Assembly (NCBI GenBank): GCA_004431415.1
Contig: QPMI01000526.1
Span: forward strand, 124,001 to 188,000
Length of the DNA stretch: 64,000 nt
Source: Cyanophora paradoxa CCMP329
Lineage: Eukaryota; Plantae; Glaucophyta
Direction: 5' to 3'
The notes under the pieces were generated by a model. The model was not told the origin of the DNA. It was given only the letters and a program-made list of their open reading frames with translations, and searched no databases. Shown here one piece after another: positions 12,506 through 24,868 of this stretch (positions are counted from its first letter, which is position 1; each line of letters begins with the position of its first letter). The position numbers were made by a program, and so were the translations under genes.

Positions 12506-13905
12506 TCAACGGAAGGGGGCGCCCATGGGCGGCAGGAGAGGCGGGGGCGCGCCCCCCGGGGCGAACGCCGCGCCAAAGCCGTTGGGGGCGCCGACCCCGC
12601 CAAAGCCGGCGGGGCCGCCGGCGGCGGCCCAGACGCCCTGGCTTTGGGCGTGGGCCGCGGCGGCGGCGGATGGCCAGACCCCGAACTGGGGCGGGGGCCC
12701 GGCCCCGAAGTGCGGGGCCGACTGGCGCCGGGAGGACAGGTCGGGGGAGGGCGCCGCGGCCGGCATCGAGGCCCGTCGCGAGGACGGCAGGCCCGGGAGC
12801 CCCGGGGGGCCTCCTGCCTCCCCGCGCGGCCCGAACAGCAGCGGCAGCGGCGACGCCGGCGGCGGCGGGAGGCCCCCGTACCCCTGCGGAGATCCGGGGT
12901 ACCCGTGCGGCGAGCCGGGGTACCCCTGCGGCGACACGGGGTACCCGTAGGGCGAGCCGGGGTACCCCTGCGGCGACACGGGGTACCCGTAGGGCGAGCT
13001 GGGGTACCCCTGGGGCGACCCGGGGGAGCCGGGCGAGGAGGGGTACCCCGATGGCGAAGAGGGGTACCCGGAGGGGGAGTAGCCGTAGGCGGGGCCCGCC
13101 GCAGGGGGGGCGCCCTGGAAGGCGTTGGGGAGGGGGGGAAGGGGCGGGGGTACGGGGGCGAAGGCGGCGGGGCCGGGGCGGAGGCCGCCGGGCGAGTAGG
13201 GGAGGGGCGCGGCGACGTAGGCTGGGAAGGGCGGCGCCGCAGGCAGGGCCGCCGGCATGCTGGCCCGGCGCGGCTGGCTCGAGACCGGCCGGTGGGCGTA
13301 CGGCGAGGCCGGGGCCGGGGACGCGTACGGGTACCCCGCGAGCGGGTCGGGGGGTACGTAGGCGCCGGTGGCGAGGGCGGCTGCTGCTGCAGGAGGGGGC
13401 GGGGGGGCCGAGAAGGCGTGCTGGAGGGGACCGCCCGGCGAGGGCGGGTCGACGGAGAGGGACGTTCGGCGGGACAGGGGCGTGCTGCCCGTCCCGGCGG
13501 GGCCGGGCCGGGGCCGGGGCGGGGCCGGGGCGGGGCCGGCCGGGAGGCCGCCGAAGGGCCGGAAGGCGGAGGCGTGCGGCGCGGCGAAGGGCGCCAGCGC
13601 CTCAGCGGAGGGGTCGGCGGGGTGGACGTGGAGGGGCGACGGGGCGGGGAGGGAACCCTGCGGGGCCAGCGACCAGAGGTCGGGCGGGTTCGAGGAGAGC
13701 GAGGGCCGGCGGGCCGCGCCGCCGCCGCCGCCGCCGCCGCCGCCCCCGGGGGCTCCAGGCCGCTGCCCGCCTCCGAGCCCGAGCCGCGGCGGCCCCAGCT
13801 GCTGTAGGCGGCCGAGGCGACGGATGCGCCGCTAGGAATCCCGCGTTGGAGCCGCGCCGCTGCGACGGCGGCGCGGCCGGGCCGCCGCCGCCGCCGCCGC
13901 CGCCT

Positions 13906-13936
<31 letters not shown>

Positions 13937-16900
13937 TGCTCGAGACGGAGGGCGCCGCTGGCGCGTGATGTCCCGGCGCGGCGCTGTGCGCGGGCAGGAG
14001 CCCGCCGCTGCCCCGGGCGCCGCAGCCGGCGCCGCCGCCGCCGGCGGCTCGGGCCCCGCCTCAGGGATCTCTATGGAGAGGGGGGGCCGGCCCTTGCCGT
14101 CCCGCGGCTGCGGCTCGACCGTGGACCCAGAGGAGAGCGACTCCTCCGAGGGGCCGAGGCGGCGCCGCGAGGGCCGGCGCCCAGCCACAGGCGCCCCCCC
14201 CGAAGCCGGGTCGGTCGCGGCCGAGCCGAGGGAGGCGAGGCGCGAGCGCGGGGCGGCGGGGGCCGGCGGCTCGGAGGAGAGCCGCGCCAGCCGGGGGGGT
14301 AGGGCCGCCCCCTCCCCGATCGCCAGCTGCGAACGAAGGTGAGGCGGGGGGGGGGGGGGGAGAAGCGCTTCGCTCGCACCGATTCGGAGAGGAGGGCGGG
14401 GTGGATGCCGCCGGCGCCGCCCGCGGCGCCCCCCGGGCCCCCGCGGGCCACCCCAAAGAGGCTCTTCGACCGCGGCCGCCGCGCCGCCCCCGGGCTCGCG
14501 TCCGACGACCACTGCGCCGAAAGCTGAGCCGGCGACAAGAGGAGGAGGGCGACGGGGGTGCGCACGTCCTCGCCGAGGAGGGCGGGGTGTACCCCGTCGA
14601 CGAGGGCGTCCTCGGGCGAGCCGCGGACGTGCCCACATAGGCTGCGGTGCCGGGGGCGCTCGGCGGGCGGCGGCGCCAGACCCTCCGGCTCCTGCGCGGG
14701 CGGCCTGAGAAGAAGGGAGGGGGGGGGGACCAAAGAGGGGGGTTACCGCGTCGGCGGCGGCCGAGTCGAGGGCCCCCACGAGGCGCCGGGCGACCGAGGC
14801 GACCGATTCTTCCGCACGGGAGACCCTTCGCCTGCGGCGAAAGGAGCTCGAGGCTCGAAGCGAGGGCGGGCGATAGGGAGGGGCCGAGGAAGGGTTGGAG
14901 GGGCGGACCGGGCGCGAGCGGCGGCGGCGCCGCCGACGGTCGTGAGGACGGCGCTGATGGCTCGGTGCCAGCGGTGGAGGGCGGCGCCCGCGCCGGGGGG
15001 CGCCGGGGGCGGGCCCCACGCCCGCCGCGTCGCCGCCTTCGACGCCGCTGCCTTCTGCGCGCCGGCCCCGCCGCGTCAGCGAGGATATAAGAAGCGAGCT
15101 TCGACTCGAGGCCCAGACTTCTCAAGACACTAAGAGTGCCAGAGATTGAAACTCCTCCAAAGCGCAAAAGAAGCGGGCATTGGCTTCAGGCCCAGAGAAA
15201 GCGCTGGAAGGAAAGCGGGACTCCTCCAAAGCCCAAAGAAGAATGATAGGAGGCCGAAGCTAGAGCGCGAAATGCCTAATGCCTAATGCCTAATGCCTAA
15301 TGCCTACTAGGCCAAGTGAAGCGGACCTCGAACTTAGTGCGGCGCTCAGCGAGGGCGGCCTCCTCGGCGGCGATGCGGGCACGCTCCTCGGCGGGGCGCA
15401 GCAGCAGCCGCGCCGCCCGCCGCAGCTCGTCGTCCACCCCGTCCGGCAGGTCCGCGCTGCAGGCAGGGCCGGGTCGGGTCAGATCAAATCGCAGAGGGCG
15501 GGGCAGAGATCAGAGGCAGGGCCGGGCCGGGCAGGGCTGAGGCAGGCGGATCGGTTCGGGTTCGCGCCCGGGCGGCCCGCGCGTGTGATACGATATAATA
15601 CCGTAGTACGATATGATGTGATATGATATGATATGATGTGATGTGATATGATAGGAGGGTGTGGTGCGACGCGAGATAAGCGGCGTGCGCACCAGGGCTG
15701 GATGACATAGTTCTGGCCGTCGCCGAGCAGGATGGCGGTCCGGTACTGCTCCGACTCGGCGACGAGGCAGAGGGCCTTGGCGGCCGCCCGCCGTGCCGCG
15801 GGGTCCGGATGCCGCCCGGCCGCGAATAGCAGCGGCAGCAGCGGCGCAAGCGGCTCGTGCGTCGCCGAGTCGCGGGCGAGGGCGGCCGCCATGTGGCACC
15901 CGGCGGCCGCGACGCCCAGGTCGTGCGAGCAGAGGAGCGTCTGCGTCTTGGCCACGGCCCGCGCGCGGAGGGCCCGCCCGCGAAGGGAGCGCAGGCGGAG
16001 GAGCGGGACGAGGGCGTCCGCGGCCGCCAGCTTCAGCCCGTCGTGGGGGTGGTCCAGGAGGGCGCACAGCGCCTCCACGGCCCCCGCCGCCCCCATCGCC
16101 TTGTGGCAGTCGCCTGCGCCGAAAGAGGGGCGTCGGCCGCGCGCCGAGGGGGGAGGAGGAAGGGCCCCTTAGGCGCACGGCACTTGGCGAGGTTGCCAAG
16201 GAGCCACAGGGGCTTCAGCTTGTACTCGTTCTGCTTGAACGCTGCGCACGGCCGCTAGGTTCGGAGGGGGGGGGAGAAGCCGGAGGGGGGCACGCACGGT
16301 TCCTGACGTCGTTGATGACGTCAGTGAGGATCTCGCCGCAGGCTCGGCGGCGCATCTCGTCCGCCCCCTCGCCGTCCGTCATCGACACTGGGCGGGGAGC
16401 CGAGTCAGCCGAGCTGCGGGGGGGGGAAGGAGGGGGGTACGGAGATACCGGCGATGGCGTAGCTGGCCGTCTCCTCGTCGATGTTACGGTCCACCTCGGA
16501 CGTCACGAGCGAACGAAAGTCGAGATCCATCTCCCCCCGACCCCGCGCGTCCTCTGGAGGAGAGAGGAGGAGGAGGCGACTCAGCTGAGCGGGGCGGGGC
16601 GGGCCGCCGGGCGGTCTCAGCTGGGCGTACCCCGCTTCATGAGGGTCGCGAGCAGAGAGAGGATACGGGGCCTGCGGGGCGCGCGCAGGGCGGGTAAGGT
16701 AGGCGGGCGGGCGGGCGGGCGGGCGGCGGGCGCCAGAGCGAGAAAGGGCGGGGGGGGGGAGGGGGGGGGACAGACCGTTCCCCGTCCGCTAGCTTTCGCT
16801 TCAGGTTCTCGCACAGGACGCGCACGATCCCCATCTCGACCATGATCTCAGCGAGCCGCTCTGCGGGGCGGCATCGGCGCGGCCCGCGGAGCGGCGGCGC

Positions 16901-17409
16901 GGCGCGGCGCGGGCGCGCACCGTGCGCCACGGCGCGAGACAGATCCCTGTACGCCCGCATGCGCTGCACGACTGCCGGCGCGGCTCGGGCGGGGCGGGGC
17001 GGCCGCGCGCGGGGGCGGGGCCGAGGCGACTCACGCTTCGCGTCGCCCTGGATCAATGGGGCAATGCTCCGTTCGACGTCCTCCTCACCCCAGTACTCAA
17101 GGGCACCCTCCGTGGGCCCTCGCGCCCTGCGGGCCGCACATTCGGCGCGCGCGGCGGCGTAGCGCGAGGGCGGATGCTCACGTCAGCGCCCCCGACGTGG
17201 ACCCGGGACTGGAGCGGCTGGAGATGGCACGCTCAGAGGCCGGCTGCCCGGAGTGGGTGCTGCCGTCCTGCTTGCTCGACCTCCTCTCCTTATCAATCTC
17301 CTTGCGCACCTCCCCGACCTCTGCAAAGATGCGTTGGCCGACTCGGAGCAGAGACACGGGGCAGCTCACCGTAGGCGCCGTGCGCGCCCTTACACGCAGC
17401 ACAGCCCAT
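12506..17409 (-). CDS. Armadillo-repeat protein with MGC N-terminus and long Pro-rich/GYP-repeat C-terminus
   Basis: Exon 1 is MGCAACKGAHGAY followed by a GTGAG donor. ARM-like helices include EIMVEMGIVRVLCENL, LWLLGNLAK, MGAAGAVEALCALLDHPH and ARRAAAKALCLVAE. The spliced link to Pro-rich ORF 12506-13258 is inferred. Confidence 0.65.
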
Positions 17410-17729
17410 GCTGTCTGCAGCTACAAGTGGCGGGCCGCGGCGGCTATACGAATGGGACCGATCTCACGACACCGCATCTCGGCGGATGAGTCTGCGCATG
17501 CTCTCGCATGCTGCCGCTGCTGCTGCGCAGCTGTGGAACCAAGATGGAGCTACTCCAAGGCGATCGCTTTCCGCGTACAGGATAGGGTGCTCTATTGGGC
17601 CGCCTAAGCCTCAATGTAAAGGGGAACCCCCACAACTTGCCCAAGCGAGTGTACCCCCCGATCAGGGGAAGCACGGCCAAGGCGAGCCAGCTGCAGAGCG
17701 ATCGCAGAGCAGCGGTTCGGGCGAGCGCG

Positions 17730-20700
17730 ATGCACGCGGTGGCGTTCGCGCTCACGCCGGCGCCGGCCCAACACGCGCACGTGAGCCCTGCATGGCTCAA
17801 GCAGCTCCCCGCGCGCTCACGCACGTCGCAGCGCCTGCGGCCATTGACGCTGGCGCTTGGGACGGCGACGTCCCCGCTCGCACGACCCGCGCGACCCGGC
17901 CGTGCACGTGTTGCGCGGAGCTGGCTCGGCGAGACCACCTCCCTCCGCCGCGATGCTTGGCGAGCTCGTTCATTGTGCCACAACACGCGCTTCATCGTCT
18001 CCGCCGCCAAGCCCGGCGCGCTCTCGAGTCCGTGTCCGCCGTCCCGCCGCCGAGCTCATATGCATTCTCAACGCAGTGCCGCCCACAAGCACCGCGCGCG
18101 TGGCGATCGTCTGGTTCCGGGGCGACGATCTCCGCGTGACGGACCACGCCGCTCTGCAGCAGGCGCGCCGCCCGTTCGAATTCGCGCCTCCCGCGTACGC
18201 GTACGGGTCCGATCAAACCCAGCGCAGGCGATCCACGATGCGTCGGACGGAGCAGGGGCGGGGCACGTCGTACCCCTCTACTGCATCGATCCACGCGCTT
18301 TCGAGCCGGGCCCCCTCAACGGGCTGGCCCGGACGGGCCCCCACCGCGCCCGATTCCTCCTCGGCGCGCGCGCGCGCCCCGCCCCGGGCCCGCCCCGCCC
18401 CGCCCCCCTGTCACACTCTAACGTCTTCCAGCGCAGAGTGCCTTAGGGACCTTCGGGACCGCCTTCGTTCGCTCGGGAGCGACCTCATCGTCCGCAGCGG
18501 ACGGCCCGAGGACGAGGTTCGTCGAGCACCGTACCCCCTCCCCCGAAATCCCGGTTCGAATCCGATCGGTCAGGTTCCGAGGCTCGCCGAGGAGCTAAGG
18601 GAGAGGATGGGACCCGAGGGCGGCTGCCGCGTCACGGTCCACTGCCACAAGGTCGTCGGCACCGAGGTGCGCGCGGTGAAAAGTGCCCGCGCCCGGATTC
18701 GAACCCGCGCATCCTTCGGACTTGCTTCGTTCGCAGGAGGCTGCGGTGGAGTCGGCCGTCGGCGCCGCGCTGCGGGCGGCCGGCCATGAGCTCAAGCCCC
18801 AGTGGGGGCCCTCCACCCTCTACCACGTGCACGACCTCCCGTTCGCGGTACCCCCCGGCTGCCCTTCCCGCCCGCACGAGTGCGCGTACACGTACCCCCC
18901 TTAGACCGGGGTACCCAGATCGGGCAGCTCCCGGACGTATACACGGAGTTCAGGAAGATCGTGGAGAAGGAGTGCGAGCCGCGGCGCCCGCGGGCGGCGC
19001 CGCGGGCGCTGCCGCCCCTCCCGCGCCCCCTGCTCGCCGCCTCGGCCGCCGCCGGTTCGATTCCGGACGGAGTCTCCGCCTTCGGGTACCAGGCGAGCGC
19101 CCTGCCCTTCGTACCCGTCCCGATCCGGGGATCTTTTCGATTGATGTACCCCCCGGACAGGACTCGGCCGCGGAATTCGATCCGCGGGCGCCGCTGGCGC
19201 TGAGGGGGGGAGAAACGGCGGCCCTGGAGCGGCTCGATCACTACCTCTTCGGAAGGTCGCGGGCTCGAATCCCTGCGGGACCCCTTTTCCTTCCGCCCAC
19301 TGAAACTTTCGGCGCAGCGACGCCGTGGCGACGTACAAGGAGACCCGAAACGGGATGCTGGGTCCGCCCTTTTTCTTGCAGTCGGCTGCTCTGGGCCGAA
19401 CGCTCTCTGACTCCCCCCGCCCCCTCCCCTCCCCCTCCCCCCTCCCCTCCTTCCCGCTTCATCTTTCTGCTAGGCCCCGACTACAGCACGAAGTTTAGCC
19501 CCTGGCTCGCCTTCGGCTGCGTATCCCCCCGCACCATCCACACCGAGGTACCCCTCCGCCCCTCCTCCGCTGTACCAATCCCCCCCGCTGAACCCCGAGA
19601 ACCACCAGATCAGGCGCTACGAGTCCGAACGGGTGCGGCTCAAGGGTTTCTCGGTCCTGTATCCCCCTACTGACCCACGACACCTTACCCCCTTCAGGTG
19701 GCCAACGATAGCACGTACTGGGTTCTGTTCGAGCTCATTTGGCGCGACTTCTTCAAGGCGCGCGCCGTACCCCCCGCCCCCCGCGGCTTCATTCCCCCTT
19801 CCACCACTAACTTACCCCCCCGGCCAACAGTTCGCGGGCATGCGGCACGGGAAGCGGCTCTTCACGAAATCAGGTGCGGGCCCCGAGCACACACCCCCCC
19901 CCCCCCCCCCCCCCCCCTCCGCGCCCCCGACCGCGCCCCTCGTTCCGAGCGGCCCCCGAGGCCGACGCCGTTGCCGACGCCGGGGCCGGGCGCAGGGATG
20001 CGGCGGGCGAGGAAGGGGCGCCGCTCCCGCGAGGACGACGACGAGGTGCGGAGCTCACGTTTGCGAGAATCATAAGCTTATGAGAATGAGAATCGTATGA
20101 CAGTACGAAGCTCACGTTTGCGAGAATCTTACAGCGATTCGCTTTAGACACATAAGCTTAGCTAGCGCTTACATTAGCTTACAATAGGTTTAATTTTGAT
20201 TCTCGGGGCCTGAGTCCCCGTTCGTTCTGCCTTATGAATGCCGCACAGGTCTTCGAGCTGTGGTGCCGCGGGCTGACCGGCGCGCCTCCCATCCTTTGCC
20301 CCTTCCCCCACCCCCCTCCCTTTCTGTTTCGTAAGGCTCATCCCGCGAAACAGGGTACCCCCTCGTGGACGCCAACATGCGCGAGCTGAACGCGACGGGA
20401 TTCATGTGCGGCGCCGTACCCCTCCCCGCAGATCCTCCTTCGCGTACCCCTGCCAACCCCGCCCCCCGCCAGGTCGAACCGGGGTAGGCAGAACGTCGCG
20501 AGCTTCCTCGTCAAAGCGCGTCCTGTACTCCCTCCTGTTCGAAAATCTCTCTCCTCCTGAAACCGAGCCCAGGACCTGCACGTCGACTGGCGCCGGGGTG
20601 CCGAGTACTTCGAGCGCCAGCTAAGTGCGAACGAAACGCCCCCCCCCTCCCCCCACCCCCCGCCCACACGAGTCGCTCCTGACGCGCTCCACAGTCGACT

Positions 20701-21910
20701 ACGACCCCTGCTCCAACTGGGGCAACTGGCAGGTGCCTAGTCCGATACCCCCCTTCTTCGCCCCCCCCCCCCCCGGTCCGACCCGATACCCCCCGCAGTA
20801 CGTGGCGGGGGTGGGGAACGACCCGCGCGAGGATCGGTACTTCAACGTCGTAAAGCAGGTACCTTGGAATGAGCTCGGGGTGGTAGAGTATACTTGAGAG
20901 TGGGCGGGCGGAGCTCGAGGGCTAGAGGGGCTTTGCCGCCGGCTTGCGCCGCCTTCTTCGCCTCCGTTTTGGTCCTCGCCAGGGACGGCTAGGCTAGACG
21001 GAACTGCTAGGCTAGGCCCTGAGGTGGGACGGCTAGGCTAGGTAAGACGGCTAGGCTAGCTATAGACGGGACGGCTAGCTACATGTATAGCCTAGGGAAC
21101 CCGGCTAGACGGGACGGCTAGGCTACGTGGGACGTCTAGCTCTAGGTTAGATGGGGCGCTCCCTCTCTTTGTTTTTCACCTTCGGCCCTCGCGATCGCCA
21201 GGGGGGCGTGTACGACCCGACGGGCGCCTACGTCCGGCACTGGATCCCCGCCCTCGCCAGGGCGCGCCCCCAGCCCGACCCACGGTTGACGTATTGACTT
21301 GGGCCGGGATGCTGAGCGCGTGTACCCCGCGCCGCAGGTCCCGAACCACGTCGTGCACCAGCCGTTCCGCATGACCGAGGTGCGCGCCCGCGAGCGAGCG
21401 CGGCCTAGATTAAATCAAGCTGCCATCTCGGCGCTGCGTGAGAGCTCGGAGGTATAGATAACCGGAGCTAGAGCTGTGAACGGGGCGCGAAGTTGCATCA
21501 CGAGCTCACCTGCGCCGCGCCGCGCAGGTGGAGCAGGCGGACTACGGGTGCGCGGTGGTGCCCGCCGCGGAGGCGGCCGCGGGGGGCGGCTACCCCGCGC
21601 CCCTCGTACAAGTCCGGCAGGCGCGTCCAATTCGCAACTTTAAGCCTTGAACTTAAGCCTTGAACTTTAACATGGATTTGATTGGAAGGCCGCTCTAGAC
21701 GAAACAAAGGATAAATTCAAACAAGTTCGACGTTATTTTGAGATATTGGACGCTTACTAAGTAAGGCTCAAATAAAAGTGCAATTGTTGGATTTGATCTG
21801 ATGCGACTCGCGATCGGCAGCCGTCGGAGTCGTTCGGGAGCAGCCGAAAGCACGCGCGGGAGCGGAAGGGCCAGGGCGGCGGGGAGGGCGGCCGAGGCCG
21901 GGGCCGGTAG
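17730..21910 (+). CDS. CRY-DASH: Cryptochrome DASH (photolyase family) with probable organellar transit peptide
   Basis: IVWFRGDDLRVTDH, GPHRARFLLECL, LPDVYTEFRK, GGETAALERL, YKETRNGML, DYSTKFSPWLAFGCVSPR, STYWVLFELIWRDFF, GYPLVDANMREL, SNRGRQNVASFL, DYDPCSNWGNWQ and GNDPREDRYFN. An alternative stop at 21650 applies if the last GC intron is not used. Confidence 0.93.
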
Positions 21911-22507
21911 CGCTGGCGCTGGACGTTTCGGCGGGCCGTCGTCCCGAAGTTTAGGCCTAGATTCTGTGGAGAGGACCTAGGTCTACTCTGCGAAATTTAG
22001 ATCTGGCCAGCCGGCGCCTTAAGCTTTAGCTTGTCCAGCCTAGTCGATGTTTTGGAAGACGGGATGAGCCTAGAATGAGCCGCTGAGCCGCCGAACCGCA
22101 CCGCTGAGCCGCCCACGGGGGTACCGTAGTACACGAGCTCGAGCCTCTCGAAGGCCGCCCGGGTACCGGAACGGCTGCCTCCTGCCTCCAACGGCTGAGC
22201 CCTGCCCCGCACCCACCCCTCCCCCCACCCCCGCCCCCCTCCCCCGGCCCCCGGGCCCGCCCGCCCCCTCTAATCTCCTCCCGCCCCTCTTCGCTCGCCC
22301 CTTCCCCCCCGGGCCTCTCCCACGGCGGGAATTCGAAGTACAATAGCTAGCCTTCTCCCGTCTCCTGCACTGCCGCATACACCGGAGCATTCAATGCTTT
22401 GAATTGTATGCTCGAGCTCAATTATCCAAATTAAAGGCCGGCGAATTGTGATGGTCAAATTTAAAGCTATGAGCTGCAGCTCTCGCGCGCGTCGACGTCG
22501 CGCGATC

Positions 22508-24582
22508 CTAGCGCAGCTGGCCCCGGACCTGCGCCAGGATCGCGCCGAGGCAGTTCCGACCCGTCCCATCTCCGCCGTCGGCCCAGAAGCTCTCCTTCGC
22601 CGCCGCGCGGTGCACAAACGGCGCGTCGCCGGTCGCCAGCAGCTGCGAATCCGAACGCGGCCCGGGGCGTCATAATTCGCACTCTTCTTCGATGTCGAAT
22701 ATATACTATAATTGCGGCACTGCACGACTGGCACCAGTTGCGCGAGGCGGGCGCTCTGGAAGAACTTGGCGCGAACGGCGGCGGTCATGACGTCGACCAG
22801 CCGCCGTTCGCGCCAAGTTCTTCCAGAGCTTCCAGAGCGCGAACTGTAACGTGCCGGGCCAGCGGCCGAGCGCCCGCGCCGCCCCGGCCGTCGGAGCGAG
22901 GCGGATCCTCTCCGCGAGATCGAAATTGCGCGAGCGGAACTTACTTCTGCGCCTGCGCCTGCGCGCGAAAAAGTTCAATTAAAGGCGTCGACGTCGACGC
23001 CAGTGCTATTCCCTGGCTTGCGATTTGATCCGGAGCAATTACAATGCAGACGGGCGAACCTGGAAGTAGTGCTCCGTCGACTTCCAGAAGTGCCGCGGAC
23101 CCTCGCTAACTGCCCGAGTCGAGAAATCGAAGTGCGCGAGCTGGAACGGGGCTCCCTGCATGAAAATTATACAAAGGAAAATTATACAAGTATGCGGGCA
23201 TGCGCAGGCGCCTGTCAACGCTGTACCTCGTAGAAACTCGCGAGCTCGTAATATGGAGAGCGTGCCTGGTGGAACGTGATGCTGTCCACAGGCCAGTGCA
23301 TGTGCTGCCGGATATCGATCTGGGATCCGGAGGCACGGAAAATTCAAGGGAGGCGAGCTTTTATGATTTAGGAGCCGAGCCAGAGCGAACTGGCCCTGCC
23401 GCAGTGCGTACGCTTTTCAAGCTTATGCTTCGGCCGCGGTAGCGCCGATCTAGGCCTCGGGGAAAATCCTGAATGCGCCCATGGCCATGGCCAGGCGCAC
23501 CGATCGCGAGTTCGCGTCGTCCTCGCTGTGGTATACGTACGAGTCCTCCTCGCGATCGCGACCGGCGTCCTCGCTCTGATGATCACGATCACGATCACGA
23601 GTGTTTCGCAAAATTCACAATGACCGCTCAAGACGTCGACGCACCATGGCCACCACGTCTTGAGCGGCCGCGACAATGGCCTCCTCGGCGCGCCTGCGTT
23701 TCTCCGTCTCCTCGTCGAGCGCCCGCTCCGCATCCGCGAGTTTCTCGAGGGCCTCACTCGCCTCCTCCTCCGCTTTTGCCAAGCGCTCGATTATGGAGGG
23801 CACTTCGCTGGCAAGCTGCTCCGCAATTCCCGCGCGGCTCTCAGCCTCACGGATCGCGTACTCCGCCGCCGCCAGGCGCTCGCGCATCGCAGCGGTCTCC
23901 AAATCGCTCTGCGTGGGGTTTTAGGGCTTCGGCACCAATTCGTTATTATTAAAGGCAGATTATGGAGGGCACTTTGTGGGCGCGATCCTCCGCAATTCCC
24001 GCGCGGCTCTCAGCCTCACGGATCGCGTCCTCCGCCGCCGCCAGGCGCTCGCGCATCGCAGCGGTCTCCAAATCGCTCTGCGTGGGGGTTAAGGGCTTCG
24101 GCCTCAATTTCGCAAGTGAAATTCAGGAGGGCACTTTGCGGGCGAGCTCCTCCGCAATTTCCGCGCGGCTCTCAGCCCCACTGATCGCGTCCGCTGCCAC
24201 CGCCAGGCGCTCGCGCATCGCAGCCTTCTCCAGATCGCTCTACGTGCACGTGGGGATGCGATCTCGAGCTCGGATTTCGGCGCAATCGCAAGCTGGAATA
24301 TTTATGGATTCATGACTATGCGCATGCGCACCGTTCGAGCCGCGATCTCGGCCTTATCAGCGCGGCTCCTCTCTTCTTCAATCTGCTTCTCATATACCTG
24401 TCGCGCATTCGACTTTTGATCGCGGTACGTCGCGAAAACGTTTAAATTCAGTGGCGCACGGTACGAGCTTCGCGCGCCGTTGCGGCCGCCGCTGAGCCGA
24501 TCGAAGTGCTCACAGCGGCGAGCAGGATGGAGATCTCTTCGTCCGCGGGCGCTCGATGATCAAGGCTGTCGACGAGCACCAT
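22508..24582 (-). pseudogene. NADAR1: coiled-coil repeats plus NADAR (YbiA/DUF1768) domain, disrupted or degenerate
   Basis: ITFHQARSPYYELASFYE|GAPFQL..WKSTEHYFQ|AQK, IRLAPTAGAARALGR, VMTAAVRAKF and LLATGDAPFVH..SFWADGGDGTGRNCLGAILAQVR. There is an in-frame TAA at 22941-22943 and a second frameshift near 22840. The N-terminus has three repeated 35-aa coiled-coil exons. Confidence 0.75.
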
Positions 24583-24868
24583 GATAAGGAGAAGACGAAG
24601 AAGATTGAAGGAAGCCGATATCTAGAGGCCTGAGCTCGAGGGCGAAATGGAGAAACGCAAACGTATATATGGTAATGACGCACGCGCGCGGGCAAAATGT
24701 GTGTAAAGCCTGGAGAGGAAAATTCGAAGGCCTCCCTCAATTTCGCGGGCCACGCCCATGCGCATGCATATGCACGCGTACGCCTCGATCCTCACCAGCG
24801 TAATATTTCATTGCAATTGTTTGCTTCTCAGCCGACTCGCGGCGAAAGACCAGTCGTTTATTGAAATC

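Noticed and set aside
12445-15167. Long Arg/Gly-rich ORFs (507 aa, 387 aa and others)
   Set aside because: They are antisense or off-frame shadows of the Pro-rich minus-strand gene.
15274-15306. (GCCTAAT)n as an interstitial telomere
   Set aside because: Only four to five intronic copies of a heptamer that I cannot match to a known telomere repeat for this host.
21990-22450. Additional gene between CRY-DASH and NADAR1
   Set aside because: Short ORFs with no motif and no consistent splice model.
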